Assembly: GCA_028023455.1 (NCBI GenBank)
Contig: JAQFVV010000005.1
Span: forward strand, 19,778,001 to 19,842,000
Source: Epiperipatus broadwayi
Taxonomy: Eukaryota > Animalia > Onychophora
Direction: 5' to 3'
DNA length: 64,000 nucleotides
Positions 40,951 through 52,340 of this stretch are shown here, piece after piece. Made by a program: the position numbers and the translations under genes. The notes under the pieces are model-generated. The model did not search any database. It was not told the origin of the DNA and was given only the letters and a program-made list of their open reading frames with translations. Each line of letters opens with the position of its first letter. The first letter of the stretch is position 1.

Positions 40951-41599
40951 GTAAATATGTGTATTAGCAGACTTAGGTTATCCATGCATACTTGTAATGT
41001 ATTGGTAGCAGTATCAGCATGAGTAAATATAATGTTTTAAGGATTTTAACAAAGTTTTTATAACAATGTTTTTGATGTCATAGATATAAAGTAGGACATA
41101 ATTAATTTGACTTTTTAAATATGGAACAATAATTTCATTTAGAAAAGTATTTAAGAGATTATTACATATGTAATTACACTGGCAAGATCTGTTTTGCTAT
41201 AAATAAATATGGATTTTATTTTAAGGCACTATGACAAGATGTGATCTATATTTCAAGACTAACTTGTCTCTTCAGATAAGTGTTCTTGAGTATAATGTAT
41301 ATGTCACAAATTTATTGTCCTAAATCATAGTTAAAATTTCGCATTTGTCATTGCTCATCATTATTTTTTTTTTTAGAGGTGCTATATAAAATTTAATGAT
41401 CTCTTATATTTAGAGTTATTTTTGTATATATGTAATTGACCAAACAAGGGAAATTAAAAAAAAAGCTAAAGTAAAAATTTTAAATTTCATGCAGTAGAGT
41501 AGTCCACTGTGGTCGATTTATAATAGAAAGTAATAGTATAATGCTAAAATTTATGTTTTGAAAAATATGCAACTAACTTCTTAGAAAGTATAGGCTACC

Positions 41600-42020
41600 A
41601 TTTATAATTGATAAAGTTGTTTTATTTTCAGTTCTTTCATTATACAAGGCATGTATATTTCTACTCACATATGTCATCATCACTACCATTTTCAACCATT
41701 ATCGATCCATTCCAGAATGAAAGTCTCTTCAAGTTCAATCCACCTTCTCTGATCTTTAGCCTCTGTTCTCCACATCACACGGCATACTTTCTTATTTCAT
41801 CCATCCATCATCTCTTGCTAGGTTTTTTATAATCTCTTGGAATCCAGTTTAAGATTTCAACTATTCATTTATTATCATCTCTTCTAGTAGTATGTTCAGT
41901 CCAACTCCATTCTTTTTAATTCTTTCAATGATGTCAGTAATATCTGTTTATTGTTTCACCCATGGTCTGAAGTCTCTATATTGCTCTTCTGTTAAGTGTC
42001 CAAGTCTCAGATCTGCAAAT
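41600..42020 (-). mobile_element. Decayed RTE 3' fragment
   Basis: SETWTLN, WVKQ.TDITDIIERIKK motifs. Confidence 0.65.
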
Positions 42021-43943
42021 AAGAATTGGTAATACATTTATTAAAAGCCTTTCTTTTCAAACACATATGTAATATTTGGTAATTTTGTAAAAAAACGTAT
42101 ATTTTATATGCAGCTGAAATTGACAATAATAAAGGACTACATATAATATATGCTGCTAAAACACATATAGTACAAGTTCTTTCAACATATTCATATAGTA
42201 TATATTAGTGCAAAATGAAAATAAATATAATTCATTATATTATTTTTTTGCATATAAGTAAATAAATACCATTAAAACATCACATGACCAATATTTCCTA
42301 TGCTTACCCAAATCTTCCAGCATCTATTGATTTCTATGGCTTGCACTTGGTGGCACTATTGCATCAAGAAAGTTACTACTGTTTTAAGTAAATAAATAAA
42401 GTTATATAACAATCTTATTTCAGCAAATGTTTATTATCCTCCTCAGTATAACATGAACATTATTGAGAACATTTATAGGCCATTGTATATAGTGACATCT
42501 AGATTTTTTTTAAAGTATGACTTTGTTATTCATACCTAATTTGTTATATAATTATTAAAAATATTATACAGCAATGAAAAAATAAATAAGTGTAAATTAT
42601 TATTATTTTATAGTGTATAATGTATATAATAGTTGTGTGAAAAGAAAAGGAGAGAAAAAAGTTCTTATGTAGAAAAAAATCTTGATAGTGCTATATTTTC
42701 AATTACTGTATATATATATGTTACACTGAGAAGGCAGTAAAGCTCTGAAAAATATATTTGCTATTATATAACCTTTTTTATTTTTATTTATTTTTATAGT
42801 ATATATATATATACCCATAAAAAATTATTGTATATTTAAAAGATTCTTAAATAAAAAAAATAAGGCACCACCAAAAAAAAAAAAAAGTAAATAAATAAAC
42901 TATTATTAGTAATTTCATAATAAAGTTAATACAGTATCTATTTAAAAATTAAACAAAAGAAATAGAAATAAATAAAGTGAAAAAAATCCTTTCCCTATTT
43001 TATTTAAAAGAAAATAGGCTTTTGAAATTCTTCTTCACATGAAGTAGAAAAAAATAAATGATTACATTAAATGCATCAACTATTTGCTTATGTTATTTTT
43101 CTAATGCTTTAAGTTCTATTTTGAATTAAAAAATTAAAATGTATCTTTTTATTATTTTCTACCTTTTTTATTTAATTGCAGATAATTAAAAGCATATATA
43201 CAAGCGTGAGATCTCATTTGTATGATTTGATTTAAAAATAACTACATTAATCTATTTTATATGACTGTTTTTCTTCTTCAAAATTTATTAATTTAAATAA
43301 AAGGACAAACTAGAAATTTAGGATTTAATAACTTTTGTTACCTTTTATAATAGGATTATTTTTTCATGTAAAAGTTTCTATTTTATACTAATTTGATGTA
43401 ATGTTAAGATAATTATAATAAACTTTTTTTTGGAAAAAAAATTGTAATAATGTAATTATTGTATTAAATTTGAAAAATCGTTCTCTAAAGTTTTTTTTTT
43501 TTAAAGTAAGTAAAAAAAAAATTTTTTTTTTTTTTTCATTTCCTATAGTGCTAGTCTAAAACTTTTACTATTAGGAGATTCAATACTTATAAAATCAAAA
43601 ATTATTTGAATCTTCAATACCCTAATAAAATTTTTAATCCAAGCTACTATGCTTGGCCAACTATTTAGATTTGAAATGAATTTAGAAGACTAGATTTTAC
43701 TATCTATAATTATGAACTAGAAGAATATTATAAAATTGTTTAGGAAAATTATGTTTAGTTAAATATAAAACAATAAAAATGTAACTTTATTGTTTAATTC
43801 ATAATTTCCATATAAATTTCTGTGTTCAGTTTTTTTTTTAAATGCTTGTACGTGTTCAAAAATATACACATGGCTTGCATTAATTATTTTGAAATAGTTT
43901 CTTCTATTTTTGTTAAGTAGGTCATTTTTAAAATTATATTTAG

Positions 43944-44166
43944 CGTGAAGAAGACGACGAAACTGTATCAAATGCAAGTAGTCGGAGTCGACATAGCTTC
44001 TTTGCAGCATGTAGGGAGAGGTCTAGTATTGATGATGGTGACATCAGCATGTACGATGATATGGATGATGATAATCCTTTCCAGGCATTAATACATGCGG
44101 CATCCCTCATGAATCCTCAACAGTTTCAACTTCCTACAGAATTAATGTGTCATACATTACTTCCAG
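43944..44166 (+). CDS. PHF12: Coding exon of PHF12-like gene: acidic linker plus conserved NPF..L..AA..MNP.QFQLP.EL motif
   Basis: tatttag acceptor, CCAG|gtaatc donor; 223 nt open frame REEDDETVSNASSRSRHSFFAACRERSSIDDGDISMYDDMDDDNPFQALIHAASLMNPQQFQLPTELMCHTLLP-G; phase 0 start fits the previous exon. Confidence 0.92.
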
Positions 44167-44261
44167 GTAATCACATAATGTTTAGTCAGAGCTGTTTGTA
44201 TACTTAGAATTAAGCTAGAAAAAATGTTGCTGTTTTTTTTTTTTTAATTTTTATTTTTAAG

Positions 44262-44390
44262 TTCTCGGTGTGATTTAGTGACATGAGTAAAATAGTGAAC
44301 TTTGAAGCTCAAGATCTGTGGATCACGATTCTAGTTTGTTACTTTTGATGTTCAAACTTTTTATGAACTTCTGTGCAATAAATTATTTAA
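44262..44390 (+). mobile_element. Older second SINE-like family, copy 1 (others at 54968-55090 and ~58425-58520)
   Basis: Shared ..aagatctgt(g/a)gatcac(g/a)att..ttctgatgctcaaa..ttat(g/a)aacttc core among copies; degenerate A/B-box-like motifs. Confidence 0.55.
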
Positions 44391-44924
44391 TTTTTTTTTT
44401 TAATTTTGAATAGGCTTATCTATTTTCAAATTTGTCTCAATTTTCCAATAAACATTAAACTATTGAATTTTTATTTAGGGTTGTGTGTGTGTTTGAATGA
44501 GGATAAAATATTAGGTGTAGCACCAATAATCAATTAGAAATATGGTTTTTAATAGTATCAGCCATTTTGATTTTTTATTTATGACATATTTAAATGAAAA
44601 GAGGTAGATATCTATTTTATCTTTTGTAAATCTAAAATAAATCTATCTTGCAGTCATTATATACAAGCATAAGAATTGGAATAGGTGAATTGAAGATTCT
44701 TGATTTTTTTTTTTTACTGTGAATTTTTATTGTAATATATCATTAGAATGAATCTATTTCAATATCATGATGTAATTAATAATGATAACAATGAAGATTG
44801 GTTTTAACTATACTCTGTGTAATGTGTACTTGTGTATATATTTTTGCTACTTGTTTATTGCCATAAGTATGTCACCATATCTTTGAAAATAATCTCTGAA
44901 ATGAATGCAACATGGAATTGTAAT

Positions 44925-45353
44925 ATATAGGGTATATGAGCACAGACTTTCACACGACCCACCACTCTTCACACTATCTCATAACACTGATACACTTGAA
45001 CACATATATGTTGAAAAGATAAATAATCACCAATATACGTATTTCATGCTAAACCAGCAATTATCCGTTGGTCCAGATTACCATCTCTACACATATATGC
45101 TATAAGTGCTCAGATATATATTAAGATACCAAACCTCATACTTTAATGGACAGGCTTTAATCTACTCCACACTCCAACTCTTCAACCGTCCATCCAATTG
45201 AAATCTGATGATGGAATGCTCAAAGGTCACCCTGAGGCCAAGATTCTTGTCACACCCATGTTGACCTAAGGTCAATCTGACCCCTCATGTACAGGACCTA
45301 ATCCATTTAATACATATACAAGGGATGGGCAGACATCTCTACTATGTAATAAT
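44925..45353 (+). mobile_element. 5'-truncated LINE 3' end (possibly I/Nimb group) with 12-bp TSD
   Basis: TSD tggaattgtaat at 44913-44924 and 45354-45365; taataa tail; DPPL-F..S....TLEHI resembles a decayed C-terminal Cys/His knuckle. Confidence 0.65.
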
Positions 45354-46659
45354 TGGAATTGTAATGTAATTAAAAATGTAAGCAATAAAAGTTATTCTTA
45401 CCTATATTCATTTTAACCTATATGTCTGCGTATTTGCTTATCCAGTTAATTTTATTTTTCATCAGTTTATCTCATGAGCAGAATTGTTCACAATAGTATG
45501 ATATAATTAAAAATGTCAGTCATGATCTATTAGAGGAATTCAGAAATTTTTTTATTTATGCGGTTTTTTTTTTTTGTTATTAAAATGTATGTTTTTTCAA
45601 TAAGAGAATGAATAGAGGCACTGTTAAGTTTTATTGCGATTGCACGAAACTGGAAGATAATTTCAGGTCAGAAATACTTTTTGTGGATAAAACATTAAAA
45701 AACTTCATATTTATATAATTAAAGACATTTGAATTTATTAAATATATGGATTGTTATAGGTTTCTTTTTTAATAAAAATTTTAATCACATTTTTACATTA
45801 GAAGATAACAAATGGTGGTATTTTCATGTTGAATACTATTTTTATTACTTTTTAATCTGAAAGAATATTAACTGCATTCTGGGAGAATATTTTAATTAAA
45901 TGTATCCAAAATTTATCTGTAAAAGTAAATTCTGCTCAGTAGTTACCTTTTAACCGCTAATTATATTATTGGTTGTATGAGGTAAAAATCAAATCTTTTA
46001 ATTGGCCAACTCACAAACTGAAGACAAAGCCTATTGTTAAAACATATTCGCCTATAATATTAAATTCAACTCAAATACGTTTATAAAAAGTATATTACTA
46101 ATTTTTCAGGTTATGAAGAGAACGAAAGTTCTTTCAAAAATAAATTGCTATTTATTTATTCTAAAATATTCAATTTCGGCAACATAAAAGCTATAATATA
46201 AACAAAAAGGTCGACTTTTACGTTATAGAAAAGTAAATATTTCTTTTTACTAAATCTTAAATATTTTTACTAAAATCTTCAATATTTTTCGAAAATAATT
46301 TTGTTTTTTTAGTATTCTCTCTGAAAATAATTTGTAATTTCTCAAAATATTCTTTTATAATACTTTAAATCATATTCGAAATGAAAATCTCAGCATTTTT
46401 CTTTATTTTCTTTGATCAGGCAATTTCTTTGTTCTTTCCAGCCAATCAGAATGTCTTTTTCGGCTGAGAGCATGATAACAACCAATCACAACTAATGTTC
46501 TTTCTTTGTTTAGGTTTAAATGCGTTTTTTTTTATTTTTTACTTGTAAAATAATTCGGAAGAGGGCACCATCTTACAGAACTTTTAAAAACCTATTCAAT
46601 ACCTGTCAAACGAATATTTTAGCATAAGAACTGGCAGAGTTAGAGTGACGTCAGATGTC

Positions 46660-46695
46660 GACGAGGAGCCTCGTAAGAGGCGGGAAAAGGGTTAA
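46660..46695. mobile_element. piggyBac-type terminus (AAGGG-TTAA) with subterminal palindrome
   Basis: acgaggagcctcgt palindrome then gaggcgggaaaaggg|TTAA; matching left end not found. Confidence 0.4.
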
Positions 46696-47240
46696 AAGAT
46701 AAATCATATTATTTCTTGAACATTTAAGAAAAGAAAATCTAATTACTAGGAAGATGAAGATTGTCTTTAATGATCACCATAGTTATGCAATTGAATCGAC
46801 CAAAAACGAATACTGGCCTTAATTTTTTTTTTAATGCTTTTATTGAAGTTGAAAAGTCTGTTTGTTTGTTTCTTTATTAAGTTTTGATCTTTTTCAAGTT
46901 AGAATGAAATTTTAAAATTGAGGTTTAATATATTTAAATTCAATAGAATTGCTTGATATCTGATATATAACTAAGTAATACCAGCCTAATTCATTTGGAA
47001 CATTCATTTTTTTATGAGGTCACTTTGTTTCTTAGATGTGGAACAGAGGACAGGAAAATATTAAAAATATTCAATAGTTTCATATACATGTCTTCTTAGA
47101 ATTTTCATTTATTTTAAATAACAATCACGAGAGAGCAGTATAATTTTTTTTTCTTTCAATTTAAAATCGATATTTAATGTTCAATATAACTTGTTGAAAT
47201 TTTGTACATTTGTTTAAAATGTCTATGAAAGTGATAGAAT

Positions 47241-47827
47241 ACATTAATTTTTAAATGGATAAATTAGTTTCTTAGATAGGAAGAGTGGGGAGAAATTTTT
47301 TAAATAATGCTCGCTATTGATTTTTTTTTTGTTACTATTTAGGTAATAAGGAAGTTGTTTATAATATAGAAAATATAATGTAGAAAAGTTGCTTATTAAT
47401 TTCTTATACATATATAATTCAATTATACACATACTAAATACGATATATACATAAAGTGTATACATATTAACTTACTGCAGTAATGTATAGTTATATATAT
47501 ACTATATGTGTAAAACTGATTTAAAATAAAATTATATGTATTGACATTAATTTTTTAAGTAGGTGAATTAGTTTCTTAGATAGGAAGAGTCAGGGAATTT
47601 TTTAAATAATTCTCACTATCAGTTTTATTTGTTATGATTTAAGTAATAAAGTTGTTTATAATATAGAAAATATAGTATAGAAACGTTACCTAATGATTTT
47701 TTATATATTGATAATTATGTACATATATTAAATATGATGTATACACAAAGAGTATACATATTAACTTAATGCAGAAATTTCTAGTGATATATATATACAT
47801 TATGTGTGTGAAATTGATTTAATTAGT
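47241..47827. repeat. Tandem repeat, ~303-bp unit x2 (related sequence resumes at 51873-52090)
   Basis: acattaattttt..aattagtttcttagataggaagagt.. starts at 47241 and 47544. Confidence 0.85.
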
Positions 47828-47831
47828 TTAA

Positions 47832-50800
47832 GGGACTTGAGTGCCATATTAAATTTTAAAAAACTGACTTGAGACACAATTTTCACAATGATTTCAGTTT
47901 TCATCATGTTAGAGCAAAAAGCTTTACATTGTTAGAAACTAGAAAAACTAAGAAAAACAATAAGGCTTAGACAAATAGTGATTACCATTAAAAAAGTAAG
48001 GAAAAAAAAGAAATTTCAACATCCGAAATAATTATTACTTTATTGTTTGTTCATAATTTCTAATTTATCATTAAGTTTAAATTACATCTTTATTGATAAT
48101 TTCTTTGTATTCCTCACAAAGTTCTCATTCAAACCATATATAAATAATACTTCTTACCTGAGATAATTCATATCTTCAGAATCTACAAGAAATCATATAA
48201 GAATTCTTTATTTTTATCTTGTACTCCAAAAGTTAACAAATCTCAAGGCATCTATAAGAAAAAGATTCATTCTGATAAAAAATACAAAATAAATCATTTC
48301 CAGAAAAAGGATATGCATTTGGCTTCTTGTCTATCCAAAACTAGAAATTAAAGGCTACTGTCTGTATCAATGATAAAATGAGTTTCATCTCTTTATTTTA
48401 TATTTTTCGTGTACATCAGGGATGTTTATATTCTTTGTGCACACCAGTGATGCTATCTTATTATATTTATTGCCCCACAGAGATATAATTTATTTGCATA
48501 TAGCTGATTTGCTAGCTACAGACTTGAAAATAATGTGATGCAAAATGTGGCAAAACTACTGACTCCACTGCATGAGTACCAAAGGCATAGGCAAGAATCA
48601 GGATTTGATTCTTTGCCTGCATACAATTCCATGTGGTATACGTAACCATTGTGGCTATACCACACACATCACTTGAAACTTCTCTATTGGTTTTAAGAGT
48701 TTATATTTTCACATAGTACTATTCCCATTAAATTACGTGATTGCTTTATCAACTGCAACCTTTTTGTACATTTGATAATCAGTCTTAAAATTTACACCCC
48801 ACTGCTCTAAAATATAAAAATTATTACTTGTTATACAAATACAGACATGCAAGTGCAAACACACTAATGCATATATAAACACACTAATAAATTATTAAAC
48901 CTTTTGAGAATCATTATATCTATAAAATAAGGTTCCTTCAAACTTGGATCAGAGTCCCAAATTTCATTGTACATAATCCATTACATTATATTGGAATATA
49001 AGTATAATTTATATACTACATACACTACTACAAACACATTAATAAATTATAATTTATGAAAATAATAAAACTGTGCAAATAATAAAAAAATTTAAAATAC
49101 TACGCAAAAAAAAAAAAAAATTCAAATTGAATACATACGAGTTCCAAAATTACATTATACATAAACCACTACATTATATTGGAATAAAGTATAATTTATG
49201 TACTACACACTGTAACGATCCGGAGAATGGCGACTAACGTAAACTGCACTACGGGGCGCCATCTAGGCATTTGAACCTAGAAAAATTTATAAAGTAGGCA
49301 GATACGTGAGTCAAAAAAAATATTTTTTTTTTTTCTTAAATTTTGATTCCGGTCGTTAGCCCATGTCACTAGCTCAGTGGAATAGCAGAGATTTAATAAT
49401 ATCATTTACTAGGATATAAAAGAATAAAGTAAGCCACTGCCAGTAATTCACATACAAACATTTATTTATGCACATATATATAAGGTTTAAAATTACTTTA
49501 GTGATTTACATTTAATTTAACATTTAACATTATTTTTTTTTTACTTTGATTTTACTTTAATTTACATTGCATTATTATTATATTATAAATTTACATTTTT
49601 AATCAAGTTCGCACAGATGGGATTATATTAACCTGTTTAATATGTTGCTATAGATCGGTTACATAGATTTCAACGGTCAAAAACATTTCAAAGTAAACAT
49701 AAACGATCAAAATACAAAATTATTGATTACTGACAATTGCATAGGGAATTATAAGAAACCCTCCAGTATTCATCGTAAGATACTTGCATCGTCACCAATA
49801 ACTTAAAAGACATCCGAATAAATACCTTTTAGATACTCACCGTAAGGTATCAGTATTTGTCGAATGTCTGATCAAATATGAAAACGCAAACATATTTAAC
49901 CGATAGCCAATCTATGCAAGCGTCTATAAACAACTTAAATTTAATAGTTTTATAGGATCGAGCCTGAATATACTATATAGATTTGCATTCGAAAATAAAA
50001 TATTCTATCCCTATTTAACCTTAGGCTAAAATTCGCAGTCAAACTCATCAATCCATCTGATACATCGATTATTCAATGTAATACTAAATCGGCGCACCAA
50101 AAGAATTAAGAAAGACATTGACTCTCAATCAGATAGGAATATTACATCTATCTAACGAGAAGAACAATAAAAAAAACTCCATAGAAAGGAACCTCTCCGT
50201 CTTATAATTCCTTCCATAGGCAAACGTGAGAACATAAACGATTTGCCTCACTCCGATTACATCTACTAACTACATCAATATATCCAATCCATTGACCCAA
50301 TCTAACAACGACATAAATAAACTAAGATTACCCTCCCCTAATATAACTTTACAAATCTATACAGCCATTCACGCCCGACTTAAGTTTAACATTTTTATAA
50401 TTAATTTAACGGAAAACAACAATCATAATAAAACTTAAAGAACAAAAAATAAATAAATGGAAATGATTTTACAAAATAAATAAGAAAAAAAAATACATCA
50501 AATAACATTATTAATTTAGTTTGGTCAGATAGGAAACTAATGCAATTATTTTAAATACGAAAAGTTTTTAACTTAATGTTCATAAATTTTAAAGTTCTTA
50601 CGTTATTGAAATAGTTCATCCTATTATATTCCTGGCCGTTAAAGTGAATTCCCACGCGTCCGAAGATTAGTATCCGGTTGATTTATTTATTTATCCTTTG
50701 GAGATTTTGTTTTTGGTAGTTGGTCCTCATTGTATAAACGGGCCCATTTTTTTCTCTTTCTTAGCAGAACTGAAGGGATTGAAGCGGCTCTTTTTCAATC

Positions 50801-51872
50801 CCCCCAGCGCTAACACCTAGCTATTACATCGTCAATAATCAATCAATTTCCAGTCACTAGTCACTGATTAATAATTTCCAAAATTTTCCTTTTATATTAA
50901 TGTGAAGGATTGAATTTACATTACGTCATCGATGAGATGATCCTTTTCGTTGAGGTCCGATTCCATAGGGATTTCTTCTTATTTGCTAACAGTTTTTATT
51001 GTTTTCTTATCTGACAGGTGTTTTTACATTTAAATGCCGAAGGCTGGTTTACATTTAACTAATTAACAAACATTTCCATTTCTGATTAATTAACCTGTTT
51101 TCCAAATCAAAAATATATTTAAAGATAAATTTAAAGATATAATTTTATCTCCAAATCTTTTTAAAATTTAGTTTTAAAATACTTTTTCTTTAATAAATTT
51201 TTATTTTAATAATTTTTCATTATCTGTGCGATTTAATTAATATATAAGAGTTTAAGTTGATATTTAATTTCAATTTTTAATTCTTAAAGAAAATTTTTAA
51301 ATGCGAACTTTTTAATTTACTTTCATGTTTAATAAATAAAAATAAAAAAACAACAATGTAACGAACGTCTGTGCTCGTTACAACACACTAATACAAATGC
51401 AAACACATTAATAAATTATAATTTCTCAAATGATAAAAAAAATTTAAATAATACTATGCAAATAATAGAAAAATTTAAAATACTCACCAAAAAAATTAAA
51501 ATTGAATACTTAACAGTATTACATTTTTATCGGGATGAAGGCCTTGAATCATTGAGACATTATTAATCCATTTTGTTTCATAGTCTTGCTGAAACAAAAA
51601 GTATACCTTTGTCTTCTTCATGCAATTTAGTAAACTGAACAGAAAAGAAAAAAAAAAAAAGTGAACCTATTAGGAAAAATAGTAATAAAAAATCTGAATT
51701 TAGTTCGATTTTAATATATGATATGCCATTTCAAAAAGAAATTCAAGCAGCAACGAATGCCGGAATTTTTGTTGACGTCATGCTTATAGTTTTCATGCAA
51801 TTTTAAAAAGAAAAGAAAATTTCAACAAATCAGCTGCCGCTTGCAGTTATCACACTGCAACCGCTCAAGCCT
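47832..51872 (-). mobile_element. Non-autonomous piggyBac-like element
   Basis: TTAA at 47828-47831 and 51873-51876; imperfect TIR GGGACTTGAGTG / (rc) AGGCTTGAGCG; transposase remnant KYKLLKPIEKFQVMCVV-SHNGYVYHMELYAGK at ~48590-48720 (piggyBac KP.K.G.K...D...GY....Y.GK motif). Confidence 0.75.
49211..51382. mobile_element. Solo-LTR-like insertion (2172 bp), TG...CA termini
   Basis: Starts TGTAACGA, ends TCGTTACA; flanked by ACAC(AC); CpG-retaining; no long ORF. Confidence 0.7.
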
Positions 51873-52102
51873 TTAAAATATAATTATATGTATTAATTTA
51901 CATTCATTTACAATATAGTTTTGTAAGCATTTTTTTTTTTATAAAAAAATTAATTTTCAATCAAAGTAAAAATGTTAAACACTTTTTCACTTAAAAGAAT
52001 ATTTTTTATTTTTAATCATTCATATACACATATATTATTGTATACACATATTAAAAAGATATATACATAAAGGGTATACATTTTAACTTATAGTTTAAAT
52101 TA

Positions 52103-52340
52103 TTGATTGTGCACTAAAAAGAAAAAAAAAATGTTTCTTCAATTACCTTTGGGGTTTTTAGATTTAATTTAAAAGCGGTCAGGGTTCCAGAAATTGATTA
52201 AATCAATTCCTATTTAAGTATAACAAAGGATTGACTTAATTAATTTTTTGATTCCCCATACTTTTATTTTTAGTTAAATCTAAAAACCCCAATTGGGGTT
52301 GAAGAAACAATTATTTTTTTGTTTTTTAGTGCACAATCAA
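52103..52340. mobile_element. TA-flanked MITE with long imperfect TIRs
   Basis: TA-TTGATTGTGCACTAAAAA ... TTTTTAGTGCACAATCAA-TA; inner matching blocks tgtttcttcaa/ttgaagaaaca and ttggggtttttagatttaa/ttaaatctaaaaaccccaa. Confidence 0.75.

Noticed and set aside
49205-51388. 6-bp TSD implying a BEL/Pao or Polinton-type element
   Set aside because: The AC-repeat context inflates the apparent TSD; the paralogous unit supports 4 bp, and termini do not match Polinton.
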